64,000 nt of DNA from Gekko japonicus (Eukaryota), in assembly GCF_001447785.1 (NCBI RefSeq), contig NW_015164664.1:124001-188000 (forward strand). Reading direction: 5' to 3'. This document shows positions 49,924 through 61,621 of this stretch, in pieces. Made by a program: the position numbers and the translations under genes. The notes beneath the pieces were generated by a model. It was not told where the DNA came from, made no database searches, and was given only the letters and a program-made list of their open reading frames with translations. Position 1 is the first letter of the stretch, and every line of letters begins with the position of its first letter.

Positions 49924-52900
49924 ATGAGGCGACTAAGCAGGCCGCAGAGCCCCGATTCTCCTCTGGAGCCGCCTCTCCAGTGGCGCCTCAGCCCGGTTCT
50001 TCAGGCAGACACAGGCCAGGCCGTGCGCACGTCTCCTGACTCGGCTACGCCCAGCGTCCTCTACCGCAGCTCCTTTGCCCAGGAGTGCGAGGCCGTGGCC
50101 TTCCAGCTGAGTATTGTTGCGGAGGGGGTTCGCCCCCAATGCCCCATAACCATCCAGGAGGAGACGCTGACCCCGCTGGAGCCGCCCTGCTCTTTCCTAG
50201 ACAGCTTCGACGGCCACTCCCTCCCTCGGCCTCTTCCCGAGCCTGCCTCTGCGAGCGCTGGCCCGCCTGATCCCCTCGGAGCCGTACCATGCGGTGAGCA
50301 GAGCACGGGGCTGACAGGGGTTTCTCTTGGCAGAGGAGCCCAGCTGGCCGCCGCCGCCGCCGCCGCCACCACGTCTCTTGACTCGGGCCTGGCAGGGGTA
50401 TCGTCGTGGCCTGAATTGGAGAAGGCCTCGCCGCCGCCTAGCGAGGCCAACGTCACATACGAGTACAAGGGCTCCGGTAGTTCTGCCAACGCCACTTACA
50501 TCTGCGCCGAGTCCCCCTCGTCGGGGGAGAAGGGGATGCCTGCAGACACACCCTCCGCCCAGCCTGCCCTTGAGGTCTGTAAGCGGAAGCTGCCCTTCGT
50601 CACGTCAACACCATTGATGGCGCCTTCGCTTTCAAAAGAGGCATCCCCTGCAGCTTTGTGTACAGAATGCCCCCGGAAGCGTGCAGCCATTGGGTCAGAC
50701 TCCAAGCAGAAGCCGCCGGCAGACCTGCGGCTGGAGTCTGGGTTCGGGGTCACCTTTGCCATCCTGCCGCCGCCAGCAGTGGGGCTGATCAGGTGCCTCG
50801 TGTCTCCGGCAAGGCTCCCTTTGCCAAGAAAAGTCTGTCCCTTGGTGCCCTTCGAACCCTTAGAGCTCGAGGGGCTCCGGGCATAGGAGGCCTTCCCAAA
50901 GGCACTGGTACCACAAGGAAAATGACACAGACAGCTGGCAGAAATTGCTCACAGAACATTGTTATTCCACCAGGATTAGCTGTGCAGAGCCAGCCTGTTA
51001 CCCAGGTAGGTAGTAGCCAGGAGGCATTGTGGTATCTCCTGCCAGTTTGATTTAGTGCATGGACATGCACAAGCCTTTAAAAAGCCCAAGAGAGTTATTG
51101 TTGTTTCTTCTTCCTTCTAAAAATATGTCCTTTTTCTAAGACAGGTGTCTCTTAAAGATATGCTAGAAGAGGTCCTAATGCAGTGTATCAGTTTGCTTGG
51201 GGAGGGGAGTCCTGGGTTCAAATTCCCATTCACTTGAAGCTCATTGAGTGACCTTTAGACAGTCACTCTCATCCTAACCTGTCAGACAGGGTTGTTAGGG
51301 TACAATGGAAAGGATAGAACCAAGCAGATCTCCCTCAGCATCTTGGATAAACATATTGATGGGTTGATTCCTGAAATGCAGCCTGACCTGCACACACTCT
51401 TAACCACTTCTCTGAGTTGCTGTTATTGAACACACAATGCTTTCTGCTGGATTTTTAATTCCAATATATAGCATTGATTCTGCTAGTAAACATTTTGTAC
51501 ATAGGAACTAGTCTGTGGGGCAGAACCTCTGTGACTGGATCTGTGGCTAATTACCCACAAATGAGAAGTTATAAGGCCTCATTCTGTCTAAATTTATTAT
51601 GATTATGATTAAACTTAAGGTAGGTGACTTTTGAGATGGATTTTCCCCACCAGTGGTAGGCTGATGTAGCTTATTAAAATCTGATGTGTCCACTACTTGC
51701 ACAAGGGGGCCGCCTACTCAGTGTTGCTTGAAGCTCTGCGTAGCTGTTGTGAGAGCTGCTTGATATAGTTTGTGATAAAGCTAGGGTAATTTGTGTTCTT
51801 CAGAGAGAAACTATTCCTGGAGAAACTGTTCTTTTATCTGAGCATCGAAAGAATAGTGATGGTCTCTTTTCTTTGTGAATTTATGAAACATATTTTTTTC
51901 AAAGCTGAGGAGTCCCCTGAGAATGCTGAAACCTGCTTATCTGTGAGAGCCCCTGTTTCCAACCTTATTGATAAACACAGGACCATCACCTTTGCTAATT
52001 AGCAGTGATTTGCAAATAAAGTGCATATAAAGCGGCGTGTGGCAAACCTTAGCTTTAGGATACTTGTGCAGCTCTGTACTAAATAAGGAGCCCACTTCAG
52101 CCCCATTCTCAATCAGAATCTGTCTTCAAACTTTCTGGATGTCAGGAACTGTTCATGTGATTTGATCTCATGGTTTTGAAGCTTAATGGGTTCTAGAGGT
52201 TAGGTCACTGGCTGCCAGAACTGAATTTAAGAATAGTTTGTTAGATATATTTGTCTGCATTGTCAAATCTTAAAAATTTACCCTTGATATCCAGTGATAA
52301 CTAGCTACTGTTCAAAACCATGTTGGCAATTTAAGTAATTTCTCTTTGATGGAAGCCTTTACTTTCCTCTGGATTCATTAGATGTTGTCAGCAATGTCGG
52401 ATGGGAGATACAGAAATATTCCTTTTAATCTACAGGGAAGAGGAAATTGAGATTATTCCTCACAGTATTTCACTGTCACATCTCTGAAAGTGAGCAGAAT
52501 ATATCTTTTTTCTTCCCCTTACAAAGGCCATTGGAAGCTCATGTAATGAGCTGCTACTTGGACAACTGAATTTGAGTGCTCCATTTCTGCACTTCCTTTG
52601 GCACTGAGTGGATGGTATAGTGCCAGTGTGGTGTAATGGTTAAGAGTGCCAGACTAGTATCTGGGAGACCAGGTTTGAATACCTACTCTTGCCATGGAAC
52701 CTCACTGGGTGACTTTGGACCAATCACACTTTCTTAGCCTAACCTACCTCATAAGGTTGTTATGAAGATAAAATGGAGGAGAGGAGATCATTGTAAGCCA
52801 CTTTGGGTCCCCACTGGAAGGGGAACTATTTATCGCTTTATTATGATCTGTTATCAGATACTTAAATGTTCTTAGAACTATTAAATCAATCTAGTGGAGA

Positions 52901-55900
52901 AGTGTTAATGTCTGGGAGCATAAAGAGAATAATGGATTCACATCAAATAAAATTGACTGATCTAATACTTGGGTCTTGTATCATGTAGAAACTCTTATCT
53001 GATGAGATAACCAAGACAGATCTGACAGAACAGCCCTGCAATAAGAAGCCTCCTTCCAAACTTCCTGGTAGATTTGGAGTTCAGGGGTCCTTAGTGTGTC
53101 TGGGTCTGAAGCTCCATGGTACACCTAAAGTTAATAATGCTTCAGGAACAAGGCTTCCAGTTTTTGCAGGTGAGCTGGGTTGGTTTCTGAATGAGCAGAT
53201 GTGAGTAAGAGGGAGTCTGTCTGACAAGAATGGGTTGAAGTGTGTTATTCTGACTGTGAAATGCCTGAGTATTTCCTATTTTTCTTCTGAAGGTTACAAT
53301 TAGGTGACAGTCTGCTGCTCACCAGCTGGCTTATGTTTCTGTTCTGAAGGTCCAGAAACCAAATATTAGCCAGATGACAAAGTGTATGTAGTCAAGGAAC
53401 AGGGGATGTTTAGGAAGGGATTTTGAAGGTGCAGGCTACACTAAGAAACCCATGAACCCAAGGGAGTGGAGGTGAGTGGATCTTTAGAAGACTTCTCTGC
53501 CTTCCTTGACTGGTAGTGGATTCATCACTTCATTATGACCTGCAACATGCTAGTATGGGGCTCAGTAAATCCCAGGAGCCATTTTCAGTAGTGACTCCAT
53601 TGTAGTGTATCTTGGAGATCCTTGGAGAAATACAAAGCATATTTATAATTTCAGATCGGAATTTTTTGTAGCATGACGTAAAAATACACATGCATGAAGT
53701 TCTTTTCATTGCTTGTTTATATGTTAACATTACACCATTCAGTGGCAGTAAATCAAATAATTTCTTAGCCAGTTGCTTTCAGTATTAAATTAAATTAAGC
53801 TTTTTAAAGAATTAATAAAATTGGAGAGTTTAGATTAGATTAGAGGTTAGCTTTTTGCTGTCATGTTGACCACCAGGATTAGCTCATATTTACTTATGCA
53901 CTATGATACTTCTGTCAGAGCTTTAATAAAATTAGAAGAATTTAAAAGGAGTTTAGGTTAGGTTTTGTGGTAGCAATAATTAGAAAATATGGTCATTAAA
54001 ATACAAAACTCTGTTGAAAAATTAGTTTGGTTTGTAATTTTTTGGGGCTGGCTCCTAAAACTGCAGACAATTTGTGAAGGCCAGTGCTAGTATTAAAGTG
54101 GTTGTATTCATTGGCAAAATTAGAGTGCCAGCATGGTGTAATGGTTAGAATGGACTAGTATGTGTGTTCAAATCTCCACTCTGCCATGGAAGCTTTCTGG
54201 GTGAGTTCAAGCCAATCACATACTCTCATCCTAACTTACCTCACTGGGTTATTGTGAGGATAAAATGGAGGAAAGGCTGATGATGGGAGCTTCTTTGTGT
54301 CCCCCTCCTCTAACTTAAGGAGCTCTTTCATTGGAAGAAGGCTTCTTAGGCTGGAGGAAGGCATCAAACTTTCCTCAGTGGTGTGGTAAAATATATGCCA
54401 CCATGTGTAGTGGTCAGAACACTCTGCTTTATCAAGCCATATTTGTACAGAGATCAAGTGGAACTCTAGGATTCTGTTGGCATTCTTCTTATTGTGTGGC
54501 ATTCAGGCAACATGGTAACCGCTAAGACTTCAAGTCAAAAGCGTCCCTGGGATAAACCATCTGACAAAGCTACTGCATCCCCCCTGAAGCAACCATTTCC
54601 TAAACGTTCCCGTCTGTGCAAAAGTAAGTTGTAAAGAACACTTTACCTCAGCAGTAAGTATTAATTTGGGGTGGGGTGAGAACTTTCCTCTGCCAGGCTA
54701 GGGATGCTGGGAATGCCTAGTGAAACTGTTAACTGTTACTATGTCAGGTTGCTGTGTGCACTGAAATGCAGGTTCTTCTCAAGCACAGTATTATCCAGCC
54801 ATAGCCACAACAGATGTGCTGTCCTCTTCTTTTGGGGTACAGCAGTTTTTAGAGTCTTCTACCATTGAATGGAATACATGCTCGCCTACAGAGTTCTGAG
54901 TGGCTGCTGTCAAGATACTATGTATTAGGTGTAGGGGTGGTTGATTGCCAGTAGAGGGCAGCAGCAGACCAAAGAAGCTTTTCTTCCTTCCCACAAGCAG
55001 TCTTCTGAAGTAGGAGAGATTGAGGTATCTAGACACTGCAGGAGAGAGGGGGGAAAGTGCTAAGCCTTCCCCAGAATAGTAGGTGGTGAGTAGGAGTGTG
55101 CATTCAGCTAAATCCGAGCTGAAAAAATACCCCCAAAAACCTTATTGGTATTTTTTGGGTATTGATTCAGCCAAATATAGATTTTGGATATAATTCAAAA
55201 ATCTGAAATGGCCAAGCCCCCAAAATCCCAAAAATATTTGGGACCGCCAGATAGACTAACTTAAAGGGCGTTCAAAGGGATCAGAGTCCCTTTAAATGTC
55301 TTCTCCAGGCCATGCAGCTCCATGGTTTGGAGAGCTCTGAAGGTGTGGAAAGGACAAGCCTGTTAATTCTCCAAGTCACTGAGTCACGTGGCTTGGAGAA
55401 GACATTTAAAGGGACCGTAATCCCTTTAAATGCCTTTTTTTCCTCACTGAAATCAATGGAGGATGGGGGCACCTTCTTTTGGGGCCCATAGATTTGGACT
55501 CCTGGTCCAAACTTTTTAAACTTGAGGGGGGCGGTTTGAGAAGAGGCACCAGCAGCTATGCTGCAAATTTGGTGCCTCTACCTCAAAAAACAGCCTGCCC
55601 TAGATACTTCCCCATAGGTATAATGGAGCCGAATAATTCAGGTTTCCCAAATATTCCCTGAATCTGAATACTATACCAGTACTGAGATTTGGGAATATGA
55701 GGAAATACCAATATTTTTTGGGTTCCGTATACCCAAAAACCACCACCCCCCCCAAAAAAATATTGCTTCTTGCACACCGCTAGTGGTGAATATATATTAG
55801 ATTGGAGGTCCATGGAGCAACACTCTTGAGGCTGCAGTTTGCAGGTCAACAAAGATGGAAAACAACTTGTCTCTCATATTCAGATCAGAAAGAGAAGCCC

Positions 55901-57373
55901 ACATGTAGCAATATGGCTGTTGCACAAGCTCCAAGTGCTACTCTGGAGAAAGAGCTCACTGCACCTTGCTCACAGGTAAGGCCATCAAGGTGGATAGATT
56001 TAAATTACCCAAGGGTGTCTCTGTGTGTGTGTTTATAAAGTTTCTAGCATCTAATTTTTGTTTTGGCTCTCTGTACTTACGTAAACTAAACATCAATTAG
56101 TTGAGAGTCCAGAACTTCCAGAAACAAGGGATGGTGCATAGGTGAAGGTTCTGTCAGATTCAGACCATTGGTGTACATAGCCCAGTATTGCTTTTTGTGG
56201 CTGGCCACAGCAGCTCTCCAGGCAATCTTGGAGCAGAGAAGGATCTTTCCCAACACCCAGCCTCAGATCCTTAAACTGAAGATAATATGCATTGAACCTG
56301 GGACCTTTTGCTTGCAAAATATTTAAGTGGGGAAAGTCATGTGCTGTGATATCTAACATGGCATCTGTTTTTCAATTTTAGTGTAAATGGCTGGCTGAAG
56401 AGAATCAGCAGTTGAAGAGCATGTTAGAAACATGTCAAAAGACTCTTGCTTTCCTAGAAAGAAAGGTAATTTCCTTGGGATCCCTACATTTAGAGTCCGG
56501 GTGGCTTCTATATGCAGAGTGTGTAATGCAGTGCAGTCTGTTGCAGGGAGCTGCTAGCCTCAGCAGAATTGCTTTCAGAATTCAAACCACTAGCAGAGTG
56601 GCGCTTATTAACAGGTCAGGTAAAAGGATTGCAGTTGTCTGTTCACATGACCTTGTTATCCAGATTGGTGCAATGTGCAACGTGTCCTCTACATGTGTAG
56701 AGTCCAGACCCTGCCACTGGGGAAGTTGCTTTGGGACCAAGCAGTCTATTATATACCCAAGCCCTGATCTGATACCCATTTCAATTTGGGAAGGAAAAAC
56801 AAAACACAGAAAATCACAAAAGAAATCATCTTTATTCCCCTAACCAGATAAAAGGCTAGAAAGATTAAATGCAAGGGAAAGCGAAAACATAGACCAAAAT
56901 TGAAATGCGGTGACACAGTGCTGCCCTGGGTTCGGTGGACAGTGGGATGATTTAGGTGGAGTGATAGTTACTGGGATAGTGGACCAGCTAGAGAGAATCT
57001 GAACAAGGCTGACCAGCTTGAGTGCATTTCACTGGGCTTGGGATTCAGTTGCTGGAGAAGGCTGTAGAGTGAGATGTGTTATACAGCAAACTTGAGACAA
57101 TGACTCTGTGGTATGAAGGAACTTATGGAGGCTTGAAGAGAGAGACCTTTAACCAATTTGCTACCGCGGGGGGGGGGGGGGGATATATATGTGCCTTTCT
57201 TCCAAATGTTAGTTATGAACTATTCTTGATAGAATTTTAATTGTTAGAATTTTTTTATATAACATGTACCAGTATTAATAAATTCTAAATTGTCCTGTTC
57301 TGCCTTTTCCCATCTCTCTTAGCAAACTGTGGTAGAAAATGAAAACTGTCCCCCTCAGACAGAAGCTACATGA
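49924..57373 (+). CDS. Uncharacterised S/P-rich protein with C-terminal CxxC plus coiled coil (about 535 aa if the exon-1 frameshift is repaired)
   Basis: Exon 1 49924-51005 (donor CAG|gtaggt; needs a -1 frame change between 50583 and 50886), then phase-consistent open exons 52989-53169, 54507-54623, 55884-55975, 56382-56465, 57323-57373 (TGA); AATAAA 57501-57506. Confidence 0.7.
52619..52820 (+). mobile_element. tRNA-derived SINE (Squam/MIR-like)
   Basis: gtggtgtaatggttaagagtg...ggtttgaatacc...cctaacctacctca; related copies at about 51175-51350, 54124-54300 and 62131-62330. Confidence 0.7.
55091..55782. mobile_element. Non-autonomous hAT-like DNA transposon
   Basis: TIRs taggagtgtgca / tgcacaccgcta; 8-bp TSD gtggtgag/gtggtgaa. 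Confidence 0.65.
56135..56325 (-). mobile_element. tRNA-headed SINE with a CR1-like tail
   Basis: Minus-strand B box (ttgaacctggga on plus) and tail similar to the 2365 element; a related copy lies at about 62460-62640. Confidence 0.55.
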
Positions 57374-57500
57374 AGATGCTTCAGAGAATTCAGTTCCACT
57401 GTCAAACTCTAGAAATGAGGCTCATTAAACGAAGAAAACTGATGGATATTTGCTAATGGACAGAGCCCATCTGGCTATATATTAAGAGTGCAATAAGTTT

Positions 57501-57506
57501 AATAAA
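57501..57506 (+). terminator. Polyadenylation signal of the uncharacterised gene
   Basis: AATAAA 128 nt after the stop, with a GT-rich tract downstream. Confidence 0.6.
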
Positions 57507-60500
57507 ATGAAATCTTGCTGTAAAATAAGTATAACCCCTGTAAACCAGGGACTGTGTTTTATTGCGTGTAAACTGCTTGGAGTGGTTAGAGAGGCATGGC
57601 AGAAGTTACTTTAACAGGTGGACATGGCTTTCATCTACCTGTTTCAAAGTCACTGCTTGCTGAGTTTTGTTGGCCCCCTACACCTTATCTATTGGTTCTA
57701 ATGCTTGGTTTACCTGGCCATACCAGAGTGTTCTTCTGTAAATTCAACTTTGCTCTCCTCCTCTCCCAATTTCAGTGGCTTGTTGTGGAAAAGAAAAAGA
57801 CTGTGGCGAATGCTTGTTCATCTGCCTGTCTGTTTCCTGCAGTCTCCAGGCTGGGCTCTGGAAGATGTCCAGTGGATGGAGCTTAAACCTTGTTAAAATC
57901 ATGGCAGTGCTGATTCTCAGGATGTAACACAATTACTGTTCTGAAACTGTCTCCCTCGGGGCAAATTGCTGGAGTCCAGATCTACAGACAGCAAAGCCAC
58001 ATTTCTAGAGAAAACCCAGGCCCTTTTCATCTGTTCTTTTATTAGGCTTGGTTTCTTACATTTCAGCAGCTGTACAAAGGTCAGCAAACATGCCTCTTTC
58101 CTGTGCCATTTCATAGGCTAGAGCAATCTATGGGCTTGGGCACTATTTTCTTCAAAGAAGACAACTGCTATATACCTTTCTACCCTCTTCGTAGAACTCC
58201 CTCACTGCAACTGTGCTTTGGAATGTATACCAAAGTACGTAACTTCAAATTAGTGGCGTTGACCAGACTGGTCATTCTAAACGGCAGGAAGATCTTTAGG
58301 CACGAAGAAGGGTTGGCCTCCTCATATCCTAATAAAAATCCAAAATCTCCTATCTGCAGTGGAGTAGATTACAGTATTCTGGCCTTCCAACTCACTTCCT
58401 CCATTAGAGTGATCTGCCAACTGGCCCTCTTTAGGGCTTGGGGAATAAGTTACGTTAGTGGCTCCTCTTACTGCCTGCAAAGTTAAGGCAAGAAGCCAAG
58501 GGACTGCATCCTAATGTTGTTTTACAGAAAGGAAAGTATTACATGCCATGTTCAAGTAATATGGAATTGTTTTCTTCTGCTGTGAAGCTCTTATATTTAG
58601 TGTTAAAGATCCAGGACCCCCATATAACGCCAGCTGATAGTATGGGACTTAGTAAACTGTAAACATGACAGGAAATCACATGATACAGTGCTGTGGTTCT
58701 GAGACAGGAAAAGAAGGAGCTAGACTTTACTGGTGTCCAGGCCAAGATTGTGCAAAAGACCCAGGGTCAAGAACTGCAAACCCGAGCAGTAGTGTAATGG
58801 TCAGTCATGGAGGAATCTTCTCTACTGAGTGACACCATCTTGCTGTCCACCTGTTTCTACCCCTTAACCTTGCATGCTAGGAGCATATCCTTTAAAATTA
58901 GTGGATCTGTAGGGGTTTGTCACCCGGTTGGTGGTTGTCCGCAACCCACCTCATGGTCCCAAACAATGGGTTGAAGATCATTGTTTTATAGACACTCAAA
59001 TACAATTACAAATCTAATCAGTCTAATCCCATGAGTTTTACCATATTACTTCCTCCCCTATTCCATGTATTTCTTTTATTTTGGAGCTGCCCTTTCCCCT
59101 GTAAATTTGTATTATCTGGGCACTTAAAATATATAAAGGTTTCCGATTAGACTTTTGCTTTTGAAAATTTAAGACTTAATGGTCTAGGCTGGAGTAAAAT
59201 TAACAGGCCTGGATAAGTTTCTGTACTATACAATTTGGCACTGAATCAGGTTTTCTATAGGACTGTTTGAATGCCTGATTTTGTGCATGAAAAGCAGAAG
59301 AGTCATCGCTGACCTTTCTTTGGAGAGTCCTGGATTCTTCTCTGTCAAAACATAGTGACTTATCTTATGAAGGAAAACTATCCTGTGCACTGAATACAGG
59401 AAAAACGAGGGAATGGTTTGTATGTATGCAGCATCAGTAGAATTTCACTTTACTCTCTTCTGCACAAGTGTTATATACCTAATTATTATTCTCCAGAATA
59501 AAGTATACAAACGATCCACCTTGAATGTATGTAATTTGTTCTTCCCATAATGGGTGGGGGCAGAAAGAACTATTTTTGTTAACTGCAATTATGGGAACTA
59601 TTGAAAATTAGAATCACTGCCCATAGGCACTGCAGTAAAACCTGAGTTTACTGCATCTTATTTATAACCTAGGATGTATAATCCCCTGTCTTTAAAAGCA
59701 CCCTCCCCAGACTGGAGCCAGTAGCTTTTTATTAGCTGATTTGCACACTGTCTTTGTCAGTACTGATTGACAGCAGATAAGGATCTGGGAACAATTCTGC
59801 ACACACTGTTCCTTTAAAGGGTAGGGTGGCCTGTATGTAACTAAGTGCCTGGGCGCAGAATTCCACTGCCATGGCAAAGTTTAAGTGGCTGAGGGAGATT
59901 TCCTAATTCATTTTCATCTTGTAGCCGCTTCTCTTCAGCCAAAGATGACACTGTCATGAAAGGCAGCCACTGATGGGTTGTAATTAGGAGTAAGAATGTT
60001 GAATGCACTAGACAGCCACCTTCAAGGCTCTGCAGATTAGCAACATCACGAGCCTGCATAGCTCCCACTATTAAGGTGGTCTAGATACTGTGCACCACAG
60101 AAGTATGCAGTGTTGCAACTACACAGGAACGAAAATGGTGCATGCTTTTACAGGAACATTTCTTAAGCCTTCGTTGTGTTCAGGAAGTCCTCCTGTAACA
60201 GAATACACCTGCCTAAAAAAAGGAACCATCTGACCCAGATTGCTGACACAGCACAGATACCAAGCGGTTCATGGGCATGCATCCAGCTGCCCCACAGATC
60301 TACATTAAGACAAACAGAGCCATGAACTCAGAGCTGTCTCCCCTCCTGAAATCACACCACACATGTCCAAGCACTTGGGTAGAATTCTGTATTGAGAATC
60401 TCTAAATTAAAAAAAAAATAATCAAAAACAGACAAGTTCCTAGGTTTTAAGGCTGAAAATAAGCCTGAAAGCATGAGACAGATACATGGTAAAGTCAAGA

Positions 60501-61621
60501 GGAATGGGATAGGCAGAACTTCCATGCTCTGCTGGTATTTTTCCTCCATATGACAAACAGAATTTTGGAAGTGTGTTTCAACTTGTACAGTTAACAATAC
60601 TTCAAGTAAATGGCTTTGGCAAAGAGCAGCAGGCTCTAGCATACTACATTTCAAGCAGGCACAGGGTCTGGCTATTAAACAGCACATGACAGTTGGAAAC
60701 TACAGAACCACTGAAAAAGCAAGTGTCGGGTTTGCACAATGCTCGATTTCTAGCCATGGAAGGTTTATTACCTCTATGTACATCATCACTAGTTTGCCTG
60801 TGTGAGCTCTAGCTAAAGTAAGGGGACTGCCCACAGGAACAGAGATGTGTGCTCGATAGTGAATGTCCCATGCTGCAGCCCTCTGCCAGAGCTACAGCAG
60901 GATTCTAATTAGCTCCTGCCATTCAAAGGAGACAGGATGGGTTGGAATGGGAAGAACCATTGATGCTGGATTCTTCAACAGCCTGAGTGCCATGGGAGCC
61001 TTGGCTGAAACCTGGGACCACCCCAGCAAGCAGCTGTGATTCCAGAAAAACCACCACCCAGTACAGAAGCTTAATAAGGAAGTAAATTGGCACAACAGGT
61101 TGGCAGTCAGACAGATCGACCTTCCTTTTTTTAAAAAAATGGTTCTTTGGATTTTTAATCATATAAAACACCAATATTTCTGACAAAAAAAACCCTACTC
61201 AAAAGAAGTAAAAAGGAAAGCAAAAATTTACAACCAAAGAGCACTGAGACCCATTTTTAAACCTCCAGCCACCTTACACGCATGCTTCTTACAAAAAAGA
61301 AAGGCAACTTCTAGCCAGTATGACCAGAAAATAAATACAGACATCAGGTGTATGGCAGTTTCCCTGCCTGTCAGTTTTTACCAAGGGCAAGAGCGTTGCA
61401 GTGCTTTGCAGCTGCTCCCCCCTCCCTCCAGGCTGATGCTTGCCTTGTCCCCCCTGCAGGACAACCTTGCTTGGGATACCTGCAGGTACAAGGGGAAACA
61501 ATCTGCCCAGGATCTTTCCTTCTCCTGCTTGTTATATGGAAGGGCAGGAGGCAGGCAAGAGCTCAAGGGCAACTATGATGTGGGAAAGGCAGAGCAGGTA
61601 GAGAATCATCACTTCCTTTCC

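Noticed and set aside
50294-50333. Small intron (gtgagc...ttggcag) as a fix for the novel gene's frame
   Set aside because: Only 40 nt long, too short for a vertebrate intron, and removing it would break the motif-rich reading frame that follows.
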